From assembly GCA_017503005.1 (NCBI GenBank), contig JAFVTW010000022.1, positions 46,949 through 110,948 of the forward strand: 64,000 nt of DNA, written 5' to 3'. Positions 40,150-48,766 of this stretch are shown here, piece by piece; position 1 is the first letter of the stretch, and every line of letters begins with the position of its first letter. A program made the translations under genes and the position numbers. The stretch is from Clostridia bacterium. GTDB taxonomy: Bacteria; Bacillota; Clostridia; Christensenellales; UBA1242. Below the pieces are notes generated by a model that saw only the letters and a list, made by a program, of their open reading frames with translations, did no database searches and had not been told where the DNA came from.

Positions 40150-40643
40150 AAAAATATGATATAGTAAAATTATCAAATTTAATAGAAGAGTATAAACAAA
40201 ACAATTTATATCTAAATGCACAAGGAATTGTTTTAGAATGTAACAATGAAAAATCAAAAGTATTATTTTTAAATGAATATAATCAAGGAGATTATGCTTA
40301 TTTAGAAGTTAGAAATAATGATGTTGAAATAATTTCTAACGATACAGCTTTATCTTTTATGAATTATATAAAAGATAATCTTAAAGATTTTAATCCAAAA
40401 GAAAAAGGATTTAAACAGAAAGAATTTAATGCATATGAAAAAGTTGAATTATTAATTGAAGATGATAAGTATTCTAAACTTGGAGTTCACAAAGGAGACA
40501 AAGGTGTAATTATGGAAGATTATGCTGTAAAAGATTATGTTTTGGTCGATTTTGGTAGATTGGATGAAGATAATAAATATTTCGGAGATTGTATATCTGT
40601 TAAATTAAAAGATTTAAAAATATTGGAAGAAAATAGGGACTAG
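40146..40643 (+). CDS. protein with two DUF4926-like repeats (putative cognate antitoxin/immunity)
   Basis: ATGA start/stop overlap with the upstream gene. Two segments YDIVKL...GIVLE and EKVELL...GDKGVIMEDY..VLVDF. Confidence 0.4.
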   Translation: MKKYDIVKLSNLIEEYKQNNLYLNAQGIVLECNNEKSKVLFLNEYNQGDYAYLEVRNNDVEIISNDTALSFMNYIKDNLKDFNPKEKGFKQKEFNAYEKVELLIEDDKYSKLGVHKGDKGVIMEDYAVKDYVLVDFGRLDEDNKYFGDCISVKLKDLKILEENRD

Positions 40644-40665
40644 ATTTCTAGTCCCTATTTTTTTG

Positions 40666-40727
40666 TACAAAAAATCCGAACTTATTGTTCGGATTAGGTT
40701 TCTATGGCGGGGTGAAGAACTCTCAAC
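40666..40727 (-). repeat. tRNA 3'-end remnant 2 plus terminator hairpin
   Basis: Minus strand reads ...GTTGAGAGTTCTTCACCCCGCCA-TAGAAACCT-hairpin (40673-40695)-TTTTGT. About 23 nt resemble a degenerate acceptor/T-arm. Confidence 0.45.
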
Positions 40728-40791
40728 ATTGCGAAATGGGGCAAAATTGTGGCAAAAACACATCAGAACCTCTTGAAACACATCAAAATAG

Positions 40792-41082
40792 TACAATTTT
40801 GACTCTAACACTACAAAAGACCAATCGGTTCCAGAGAAGACTGAATATGATGATTACATAGTCAAACAAGCTGGGATTATCTACAAAAATCAAAAGGTCA
40901 GCCCCGAAGGAATCAACCTGCGCTACGATGCACTAAAACGAAAAGATATGTTCAAAGAAATCACCGACATCAACTTCAATACCTTCGTAGCTTATCACCA
41001 CCTCATCGCCATAGCAATCACCTTCGAAAACGACCACGGCAAATCGGTTGACCACTACCTTAAAAAGTATGGGTTGTTTTAA
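40792..41082 (+). pseudogene. startless 3' gene fragment, copy 1 (ends ...AYHHLIAIAITFENDHGKSVDHYLKKYGLF)
   Basis: 96 open codons after an in-frame TAG. The only in-frame ATG/GTG/TTG is a late internal ATG that would give just 44 aa. The last ~64 codons are repeated at 41919-42110. Confidence 0.5.
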
Positions 41083-41085
41083 GAA
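40891..41085 (+). repeat. direct repeat copy 1 (~195 bp)
   Basis: Hand alignment to 41919-42113 gives about 26 substitutions, no indels and a 38-nt perfect block. Confidence 0.85.
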
Positions 41086-41175
41086 TATGCTAAAAAAGTT
41101 AGTCAAGTATAGACTTTGAGATTGAAGTGTGGTAAAATTGCTCTACAGATAAATTTGCTATGGGATTTATTTGTT

Positions 41176-41226
41176 CCCCGCTTGATATGAAAATATCAAG
41201 CCCCTCCAATTCAAACTTTAAGGAGG
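41176..41226 (+). promoter_or_regulatory. 5' UTR hairpin and possible anti-SD element of the nucleotidyltransferase gene
   Basis: 9-bp stem gcttgatat/atatcaagc with GAAA loop (41180-41201). CCTCC (41203-41207) is complementary to SD GGAGG (41222-41226). Confidence 0.4.
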
Positions 41227-41232
41227 TAAAAT

Positions 41233-41871
41233 ATGTTTGAATATGTTCCGAAAAGTGAATATCAACCCATACGAAAATATGTTGAATCAGTAATAAACAA
41301 AGTTCAAGATGATTTGCGTAAAAATGGTATAGTTACTTTTCAATATCATCTTATTGGAAGTGCCGGTAAAAGGCATCTTATAACTAGAGAAATTAATGGT
41401 AATAGGGGATTTGATTTTGATTATAACTTTGTGATACAAAAATATAATCCAGATTATCAAAAACCTAAGGAATTAAAAAAGGTATTTATTAACGAATTTA
41501 ATAAATACTTTGGCTCTAATTATGAGTGTGCCGAGGATTCTACTTCAGTGTTTACAATTAAAAACATAGATAAAACAAAATCAAAGATAATACATAGCTT
41601 TGATTTTGCTATTGTTGACTATGTTTATGACTCTGAAGATAGATTGCGACAAAGATACATAAGGTTTGATAAAAATACTAAAGGATATTCTTGGGCTTTT
41701 AGAAAACTTCATAATGACCATAGCGATTATGAAGAACTTATAAAAGAAGAAGGTTTATGGAATAAGTTGAGAGATTTATATCTTGAAAACAAAAACAAAG
41801 AACCACATAAAAAATCAAGAATAGTTTATTATCAAACAATAGATACAATTTACAAAAGATACTTCCAATAA
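41233..41871 (+). CDS. minimal Pol-beta-fold nucleotidyltransferase (SMODS/CD-NTase-like, 212 aa)
   Basis: hhGSxxK...(15 aa)...FDFDYNF (GS...DxD) followed by HSFDFAIVD (third acidic residue). Confidence 0.55.
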   Translation: MFEYVPKSEYQPIRKYVESVINKVQDDLRKNGIVTFQYHLIGSAGKRHLITREINGNRGFDFDYNFVIQKYNPDYQKPKELKKVFINEFNKYFGSNYECAEDSTSVFTIKNIDKTKSKIIHSFDFAIVDYVYDSEDRLRQRYIRFDKNTKGYSWAFRKLHNDHSDYEELIKEEGLWNKLRDLYLENKNKEPHKKSRIVYYQTIDTIYKRYFQ

Positions 41872-41875
41872 AAAG

Positions 41876-41905
41876 CATCCCTACTTCGGTAGGGGTGTTT
41901 TTTAT
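41876..41905 (+). terminator. intrinsic terminator after the nucleotidyltransferase gene
   Basis: 9-bp stem around a TTCG loop, followed by TTTTTT. Confidence 0.7.
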
Positions 41906-41915
41906 ATTAATATAA

Positions 41916-42110
41916 AACCAAAAAGTCGGCCCCGAAGAAATCAACCTGCATTATGACGCCCTAAAACACAAAGATATGTTTAAAGAAATCACTGATATAA
42001 AACTCAACACCTTTGTAGCTTATCGCCATCTCATCGCCATAGCCATCACCTTCGAAAACGACCACGGCAAATCGGTTGACCATTACTTGAAAAAGCATGG
42101 GTTATTTTAA
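41916..42110 (+). pseudogene. startless 3' gene fragment, copy 2
   Basis: 64 codons open after an in-frame TAA. Homologous to the end of 40792-41082. Confidence 0.5.
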
Positions 42111-42113
42111 GAA
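41919..42113 (+). repeat. direct repeat copy 2 (~195 bp)
   Basis: See copy 1. Confidence 0.85.
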
Positions 42114-42556
42114 AATAATTAATTATTAGTAATAATAAGTTGACAAAACAACTTTATAGTATTATCATGATTGTGTTAGCACTTGAAGGGCAAGACTGCT
42201 AATAAATATTATAATAAAAGAGGTTATATCTATCGAGTATTAATTTGATTGATTTCAATATAAAAAAATAACATCGAGACGAATATAATCTCGATGTTAT
42301 TTTATTTACAACTTGAGAATGAATTCTTTCTAGTTTGGTCGCTTGTAAGAATTCAACAAAGGAGTTGATAATGATTATTCTGTGAAATCACTATACAAGT
42401 ATATTACACAAATTTGTGATCATTGTCAACCGGAAACTTAAAAGAAATATACAAATATGTAAAAACTAATTTGCAGATATAGTATATTTTGAGACTAGCT
42501 GACAGTGATTTTTTTATTCTCTAAGTTGTTTCAACCTAATTTAGGAGGTGCTAAAA

Positions 42557-42778
42557 ATGGCAGTACATGTAACGCCACATAAAAATGGTTGGCAAGTAAA
42601 AACTGGTGGAGCAACGAAAGCTCATAGAGTTGTTGATACGCAAAAACAAGCGATAGATATAGCAAAGTCGGTTGCGAAAAATCAACAAACTGACACAAAA
42701 ATACATGGTCGAGATGGTCGAATTCGTGCTGGAAACAGCTATGGCAATGACCCTCATCCACCAAAAGACAAGAAATAA
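42557..42778 (+). CDS. DUF2188-like small protein
   Basis: VTPHKNGWQVKTGGATKA....TQKQAIDIAK..A.....D..IHGRDGRIR pattern. ATG follows AGGAGG. Confidence 0.65.
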   Translation: MAVHVTPHKNGWQVKTGGATKAHRVVDTQKQAIDIAKSVAKNQQTDTKIHGRDGRIRAGNSYGNDPHPPKDKK

Positions 42779-42799
42779 GAAACAAGAAGGAGAATAATT

Positions 42800-44092
42800 A
42801 TGTTAAAATTATCAGGAGATAAGTTAAAAAGAGAAGGTTTAATAACAGATTTGTTTAATTTGTTTGAAAACTTTGGTAATCAAAATGGCCGCGGATTGAC
42901 TATGGTGATTAATGGTAAATATGGTAGCGGAAAATCAACACTATTAAATTTTATCGAAGAAAAAAATGAGCAAGAAGAAAAGTTTAATATTCTTAAATAT
43001 AATGCGTGGGAAAACAATTTTTTTGAAAATCCACTCATACCTATATTGCATACAATTAGCAAATTAAAAACAAATGGTGCAAAAATAAAAGATGGTGCAA
43101 AAAACATATTAAAAAATATTCCTAAAGTGTTCTTTGCCACATTAGCAAATGCACATAGCTTAGATTTGCAAGCATTATGTTCAAATGAAAACATATTTGA
43201 AGAGTATGATTCTTATAGTAATGCAATGTCAGAATTTAAAAACATCCTAAAAGATCATTGTACTATAAAGAAAACGATTTTGTTTGTGGATGAATTGGAT
43301 AGGTGTTTGCCAGAATATCAAATTAAAGTGTTGGAAAGCATTTATCACTTATTGGATATTCCTGATTTGATAGTTGTGATTGCTTTAGACAAAACACAAT
43401 TAGAAAATGCTATTAAATCAAAATTTGGTGAAGATCAAAACACTTATGGTTATTTAGCAAAATTTATTCAATATGAGATAGATTTACCAGAAGGCGATAC
43501 TTATGAATATATAAAGCAGCTAATGACATTTTCAGTACAAAAGGAATATGAATATGAAACGAAAAGCTTGATTTCTGATATGTTCAAAGTTAATAATGTT
43601 TCGATAAGAGAATGTCAGTTAATGATAAACGAGATTAATATGATCTGTAATGAATGTGGGAAAGATGGTAAACAACTGATATGGTTATATTGGTATCCAA
43701 TTCTTATAGCATTGTTAACAATGATGAAGAAACTAGCGCCTAATGTCTTTAAAAAATATTTCGGAGTTATGAAAGAACGTGTTAATAATTATTCAAACAC
43801 TTTAACTTCTCTTAATTCGACAGATTATGGTGAGTTTTTAAAGGATATTGAAAATACTGCTATAAAACAAATATTAAAGGTTTTATTAAACGATAATTAT
43901 GGGCAATGTTTTATGTTGCACTTCATTAACACTTTTTATCCTATTAGAAAAATAGCACTTGAAAGCTTATCTTCTTACATTGGTAGAGATGGTGATACTA
44001 TTCAGTCTATCACAAACAGTTATGGAGATAAAATGGCATATTATCCAGAGATGATAAATGGTGTAATTGAAAAATTAAAAATATTAAAATAA
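42800..44092 (+). CDS. KAP-family P-loop NTPase
   Basis: Walker A INGKYGSGKST, Walker B LFVDELDRC, and VIALD block typical of KAP NTPases. Confidence 0.75.
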   Translation: MLKLSGDKLKREGLITDLFNLFENFGNQNGRGLTMVINGKYGSGKSTLLNFIEEKNEQEEKFNILKYNAWENNFFENPLIPILHTISKLKTNGAKIKDGAKNILKNIPKVFFATLANAHSLDLQALCSNENIFEEYDSYSNAMSEFKNILKDHCTIKKTILFVDELDRCLPEYQIKVLESIYHLLDIPDLIVVIALDKTQLENAIKSKFGEDQNTYGYLAKFIQYEIDLPEGDTYEYIKQLMTFSVQKEYEYETKSLISDMFKVNNVSIRECQLMINEINMICNECGKDGKQLIWLYWYPILIALLTMMKKLAPNVFKKYFGVMKERVNNYSNTLTSLNSTDYGEFLKDIENTAIKQILKVLLNDNYGQCFMLHFINTFYPIRKIALESLSSYIGRDGDTIQSITNSYGDKMAYYPEMINGVIEKLKILK

Positions 44093-44113
44093 GGTTTATT
44101 GCATTTTTTAATC

Positions 44114-44347
44114 TTAAAGAGATAAAAACTTAACAACAAACTCAATAATTTGGTCAACTTCGATAGAGTGAAGTTGACCTTTTTCTATGTCTAAATAAAG
44201 ATATTCTTTCCATTTGTCTTTTGAAAAGTCCTTTAGGAATTTGTCTTCCATTTCTACAACTTTGTTAAGTTGAAGTTTATACTCTGCAGTCATTTTCTCT
44301 TCATAATATTTTTCTCTAATCATTTCTGCTAAAATTTTGTTATCCAT
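44114..44347 (-). CDS. hypothetical small protein (77 aa)
   Basis: ATG after GAGGTG. Convergent with the KAP gene. Confidence 0.4.
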   Translation of the reverse strand: MDNKILAEMIREKYYEEKMTAEYKLQLNKVVEMEDKFLKDFSKDKWKEYLYLDIEKGQLHSIEVDQIIEFVVKFLSL

Positions 44348-44478
44348 AAACACCTCACATTAATAGTTGGTGTGTGTTTTAACTCTTTAAAATGACAATT
44401 ACAAGTACTTTCTAAAAATAAATTGTATTTTCGTACAAAATCAGAAAAAGTATGTTATAATATCGTTGAGGTAAACTT

Positions 44479-45543
44479 ATGATTAAAAAAATAGAGAACT
44501 TTGTTGATAAATTTAATAGTTATTTTGTTTTACCATTATTGGTAGTATTTTTATTATCATATTTAAGCGAAGAGTATTCAACATCAAGGGTTGGTGTTGC
44601 TATTAATATTGTATTTAGTATATTATTTGTTGCTTATTTAGTTTTAATAATTTATAAGATTTGCAAGAAGACTATTAAAACTCAATCATTAATATGGGTA
44701 TTAGTAACGTCGTTAGTTTTAATTGTTTTATCTTTTGTTATGAGTTTTGGTGATAATGCATCAATTTCAGATATATTTTTTATTGCTGGTGTTATATTTT
44801 TTGAATCCTATTCTTTGTTTATTGTTATACAATGTTGTTTTTCTGAAAAAACAATGATTACAAAGGCTATAATCTTTTCAATGATTTTTATAATATTAGG
44901 TTATTATACGATTTATTTGGCTGCATATGAAAAATCAGATAATTCAATGTTTAATGCGCTGATAAGTGTTTTTTCAGCGATTATTGGCGGAGGAATAACA
45001 CTTATTGGTGTTGCGTGGACTATAAGAAATGAGGCAAAAGAGCGAAAAGAGGATCAAATTGAATATAACAATGTGAAAAAATTGGAATATAAACCTTACT
45101 TCAGTGCAAAAAGAATTGTAGATACTGGTAGAAAAAGACATCATATTATAGATTTAAATAATCCTAAATATGGATATATACTTGATTATTTCTTTGTAAA
45201 TAAAATTAAAGAAGATGAAGAAATTTTTATTATGGAACCAGTTGTTTGCATAAATACAGATCATTCAAATTTTATGGTAAAAAGAGTTGATTTTTTAGAT
45301 GATTCAATTTATTTGGATGAACTAATTAATAGAAATGAAAACTTTGCATTCTTTAATGAAAAAAGATTTTTTATCAAAAACAAAGAAGAACAATTAAAAT
45401 TTAGGGTGTATATTGAAGATTTTATAGGAAATGAATATAAACTTGATTTTTTATTTGAATATTTAAGAAGATCTGAAGATGGACCTAAAGGACCAATAAA
45501 ATATAAACTTGCGGTATACAAAAGAATGCAAGAAGTTAAATAA
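44479..45543 (+). CDS. membrane protein: N-terminal ~6 TM plus ~160-aa soluble C-terminal domain
   Basis: Hydrophobic N-terminal half and charged C-terminal half. No motif recognised. Confidence 0.55.
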   Translation: MIKKIENFVDKFNSYFVLPLLVVFLLSYLSEEYSTSRVGVAINIVFSILFVAYLVLIIYKICKKTIKTQSLIWVLVTSLVLIVLSFVMSFGDNASISDIFFIAGVIFFESYSLFIVIQCCFSEKTMITKAIIFSMIFIILGYYTIYLAAYEKSDNSMFNALISVFSAIIGGGITLIGVAWTIRNEAKERKEDQIEYNNVKKLEYKPYFSAKRIVDTGRKRHHIIDLNNPKYGYILDYFFVNKIKEDEEIFIMEPVVCINTDHSNFMVKRVDFLDDSIYLDELINRNENFAFFNEKRFFIKNKEEQLKFRVYIEDFIGNEYKLDFLFEYLRRSEDGPKGPIKYKLAVYKRMQEVK

Positions 45544-45754
45544 AACACAATGTTAACAAATTTAAAATTTGTTTGTTTTTATTTGAATTTTCAATACAAA
45601 TTTGGAAAATGTGTGGTATAATGAAAAATGCTAGGAAAGAGTAGATAAAATACTTTTACCTGCATTTAATATGATGAAGAATTCATAGATTCTTTGAGAG
45701 AAAAAACAGGTTGACAAAATTGTTTCATATAGTATCTATAGAATTGGAGGAATA

Positions 45755-46837
45755 ATGGATAAAAAGACAATTAGGGTGTTTGAAGGATTTGCGGGATATG
45801 GCGGAGGTAGCTTTGCTTTAAGAAAATTAAAGAAAAAATATCCAGCTTTTAATTATGAAGTAGTAGCTTATTCCGAAATTGATAAATATGCATCAGAGTT
45901 ATTTGATGCAAACCATAGAGATAAGAATGGTAATCCAATTAAGAATTACAATGATATAACATTGGCAAATCCAGAGGATGAAGATTTTCCTGATTTTGAT
46001 TTATTTACAGGGGGATTCCCTTGTCAACCATTCTCAACGGCTGGTATGCAAAAAGGTGTTGATGATCCATATGGAAGAGGAACCTTATTTGAACACATAA
46101 TGAGAATATGTAAAGTAAAAAAGCCAAAATATATTTTACTTGAAAATGTAAAAGGCATATTATCTAAAAAGTTTGATGAAACTAGAAAACAAATGAATGA
46201 TATGCTTAGAGAAATGGGGTATGTGTCAGACAAGAATGACCCTAATGAACAACCATTAGCAATGGCAGTATTAAATAGTAAGGATTATGGTGTACCTCAA
46301 AATAGAGAAAGGGTATGGATGTTTGCTAGATTAGGAGGTTTGCCAAAAGATTTTACAATGGTTCCTCCACAACAGAAAAACGATTTAAGATTAGGTGACT
46401 TTCTAGATCCTGTTGATAGAGTTCCAAAAAACTTATATTTATCAGATAAACAAATTGCTCATTTAAAAGAAAAACATCATATTGAGAGCTTTATTGTAGA
46501 TAAACCATTATGCTTTGATGTTTATAATAAGAAAATTAAAATAGATGGTTATTCTATAACATTAACAATGCCTGAACACAATAGCGTAAGGGTTATTGAG
46601 GCTCATGAAGATAAAGAAGTTGTTAGAAAAATGTCTGTAACTGAACAATTTAGATTAATGGGCTTAGAGGGATTAAAAGACGCAGATAGAGAAGTTGATA
46701 TTGATTTCATAAATCACTCTTATACTCAATTATCTAAAAGAGCGGGTAATGGTTGGGATGTAAATTTGGTGACAATATTGTTAGAGCATATATTCTCGCA
46801 ATTAAAAGATGTTGACTCAGATATGTTTGATATATAA
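45755..46837 (+). CDS. DNA (cytosine-5)-methyltransferase
   Basis: Motif I FEGFAGYGG, IV GGFPCQPFS, VI ENVKG, VIII QNRERV, X GNGW. Confidence 0.9.
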   Translation: MDKKTIRVFEGFAGYGGGSFALRKLKKKYPAFNYEVVAYSEIDKYASELFDANHRDKNGNPIKNYNDITLANPEDEDFPDFDLFTGGFPCQPFSTAGMQKGVDDPYGRGTLFEHIMRICKVKKPKYILLENVKGILSKKFDETRKQMNDMLREMGYVSDKNDPNEQPLAMAVLNSKDYGVPQNRERVWMFARLGGLPKDFTMVPPQQKNDLRLGDFLDPVDRVPKNLYLSDKQIAHLKEKHHIESFIVDKPLCFDVYNKKIKIDGYSITLTMPEHNSVRVIEAHEDKEVVRKMSVTEQFRLMGLEGLKDADREVDIDFINHSYTQLSKRAGNGWDVNLVTILLEHIFSQLKDVDSDMFDI

Positions 46838-46846
46838 GGAGAAAAT

Positions 46847-47929
46847 ATGAAAACAATTAGATTTAGAATAGATGAAAAATCTTTGTTTTATGGTATTTAT
46901 AATGATTTTGAAAGAGGTCAAACAGCTACAGTGCACACCCCTATTAATCAAGCAAAAGATCCTAAAGATTGGCATCAAGATATAATAGAGTTAACAAAAC
47001 ACAATATAGAATTAAAGAAAGTGCCAGAAATGCTTGAAAAAATGTGTCTGAGAAATACAACATCTCAGGCGAAAAGCAAATTAAATCAGTTTTTTGAATT
47101 TAAAAATTTATTATTGGATGGAGAGCCTTTAGAGTGTTTTTGTTCTTTTGGAATGTATATAAAAGAAGAAGTTGATAAAAACATAGTTTCAAGAAGAGGA
47201 ATAGTGTCTCCCAATACACATTTTGGAAGACAAAAATTGCATTATCCAATTTCTTTAAATTATCAAATTGATGGAATGAAAATTGATAACAAAAGAGTAC
47301 TTCAAACTATTTTGGATAAAAATGGCGGTTTTGCTTTTGTTGTTAGAGAATTTGAATATTGTATAGAAAAAGACACTCTTAACTTTATTACTTCAATGGT
47401 TGGACCTCAAAATATACCATTATCTAATGTTTTTAGAAGAGCAAAGGGTGTTGGTAAAAAGTTACTATTAGGTGAAATTGATGTAAACGACTTTGAAATC
47501 TTGAATGAAGTATATACTATTAACAAGAATTTAAAAGACAAAGATATACAATCAGTATTTGAACTTGCAAATAAGACCAAGGTAGAAAATGGAAAACTTG
47601 GTGAAGAAATTATATTAGAAATGTTAAAGAAGAATCCAAAAATTACAGATATATATCATACAAGTAAAGTTTACCCAACATCACCTTATGATATCGAATT
47701 TTATGAAAATGGTGTGAAAAAATATATTGAAGTAAAATCTACTCAAACAAGCAAGAAAGTGTTTAATATGTCGATTGGTGAACTTAAATTTATGGACCAA
47801 TACAGCAAAGATTATAAGTTGTATTTAGTTACAAATGTAAGAGATTCCAGACCAGGAATTACTTCGTTTGTTTCTGAAGAAATTAAAAAGTTGCGTTATG
47901 AACATCCAACTACAAGGTTTTATGCATAG
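46847..47929 (+). CDS. putative restriction endonuclease with DUF3883-like PD-(D/E)xK C-terminal domain
   Basis: GKLGEEIILEML...YDIEF....KKYIEVKST...FNMSIGELKF...YKLYLV. Starts 9 nt after the MTase gene. Confidence 0.55.
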   Translation: MKTIRFRIDEKSLFYGIYNDFERGQTATVHTPINQAKDPKDWHQDIIELTKHNIELKKVPEMLEKMCLRNTTSQAKSKLNQFFEFKNLLLDGEPLECFCSFGMYIKEEVDKNIVSRRGIVSPNTHFGRQKLHYPISLNYQIDGMKIDNKRVLQTILDKNGGFAFVVREFEYCIEKDTLNFITSMVGPQNIPLSNVFRRAKGVGKKLLLGEIDVNDFEILNEVYTINKNLKDKDIQSVFELANKTKVENGKLGEEIILEMLKKNPKITDIYHTSKVYPTSPYDIEFYENGVKKYIEVKSTQTSKKVFNMSIGELKFMDQYSKDYKLYLVTNVRDSRPGITSFVSEEIKKLRYEHPTTRFYA

Positions 47930-47947
47930 AGAGTAAAGGAGAGTAAT

Positions 47948-48766
47948 ATGCCAGAAGCAAATAGTAGAAGAAGAGCTATGACATCTGATCAAGCAAGACA
48001 AGTTAGAGCTCAGGGACATTTAGATGCGAAGGAGTTTGCTCGCATTATAGGTGTTGGGGATGACTATCAAAATGGAGCAACGGATAAAAAAGATGTAGTT
48101 GATCAAAATGGAGACACTCATTCTTTAAAAAGTGGAGAAACTAGGTGGCAAATATTTTTATATTCTGTTACGAGGTTTAAAGAAGATGTTATTTATAAAG
48201 TGATGGGTGGTGTAGGAGATGGAGTAGGTAATTTAATCTTAGAGTGTTTAAATTGCTTTCCTGATTCATTTGATGAATATTTAGAAAATAAAAACAAGTA
48301 TAAAATCTTATTAAAACCAAAGATGATATCATTATGTGGCAAATTGCAAGATAAAGATGTTTTTGCTGCGTTTTTGGTTAAGTCAATTTTTAATTGTGGA
48401 GAAGTAAATTACCTTACAATAAAGAATGATGAGAAATTCCATGTTTTTCTTTCTAATGATGTTGTGGAATGCATGGTCGAAAATGTTGAAAGACAAATGT
48501 CTAAATCGAGAGGAAGAGATCAAATGCATTATCAGAAGGTTGTGTTAGTTCATGACGATGTTAATGTGGGTACAATTGAAATTAGACACGATAGTACTTC
48601 TCATTATAAACAAGCTGTTTTTGCTTTGAATAAGGCAGATATATTTCGTATGTTAACTTCAAAAATAACAAACAAACAGGAGTGGGGAGATAAAGTTGTT
48701 GTTTATTGTAAAGCAATTAATAAGTTTAAAAAGAAGCATAAGGAATATCTACAAAGCAATCAATAA
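47948..48766 (+). CDS. hypothetical protein, possible second nuclease of the R-M locus
   Basis: Same strand, 18-nt gap. KKDVVDQNGDTHSLKSG could be a D...SxK variant nuclease motif, which is speculative. Confidence 0.35.
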   Translation: MPEANSRRRAMTSDQARQVRAQGHLDAKEFARIIGVGDDYQNGATDKKDVVDQNGDTHSLKSGETRWQIFLYSVTRFKEDVIYKVMGGVGDGVGNLILECLNCFPDSFDEYLENKNKYKILLKPKMISLCGKLQDKDVFAAFLVKSIFNCGEVNYLTIKNDEKFHVFLSNDVVECMVENVERQMSKSRGRDQMHYQKVVLVHDDVNVGTIEIRHDSTSHYKQAVFALNKADIFRMLTSKITNKQEWGDKVVVYCKAINKFKKKHKEYLQSNQ

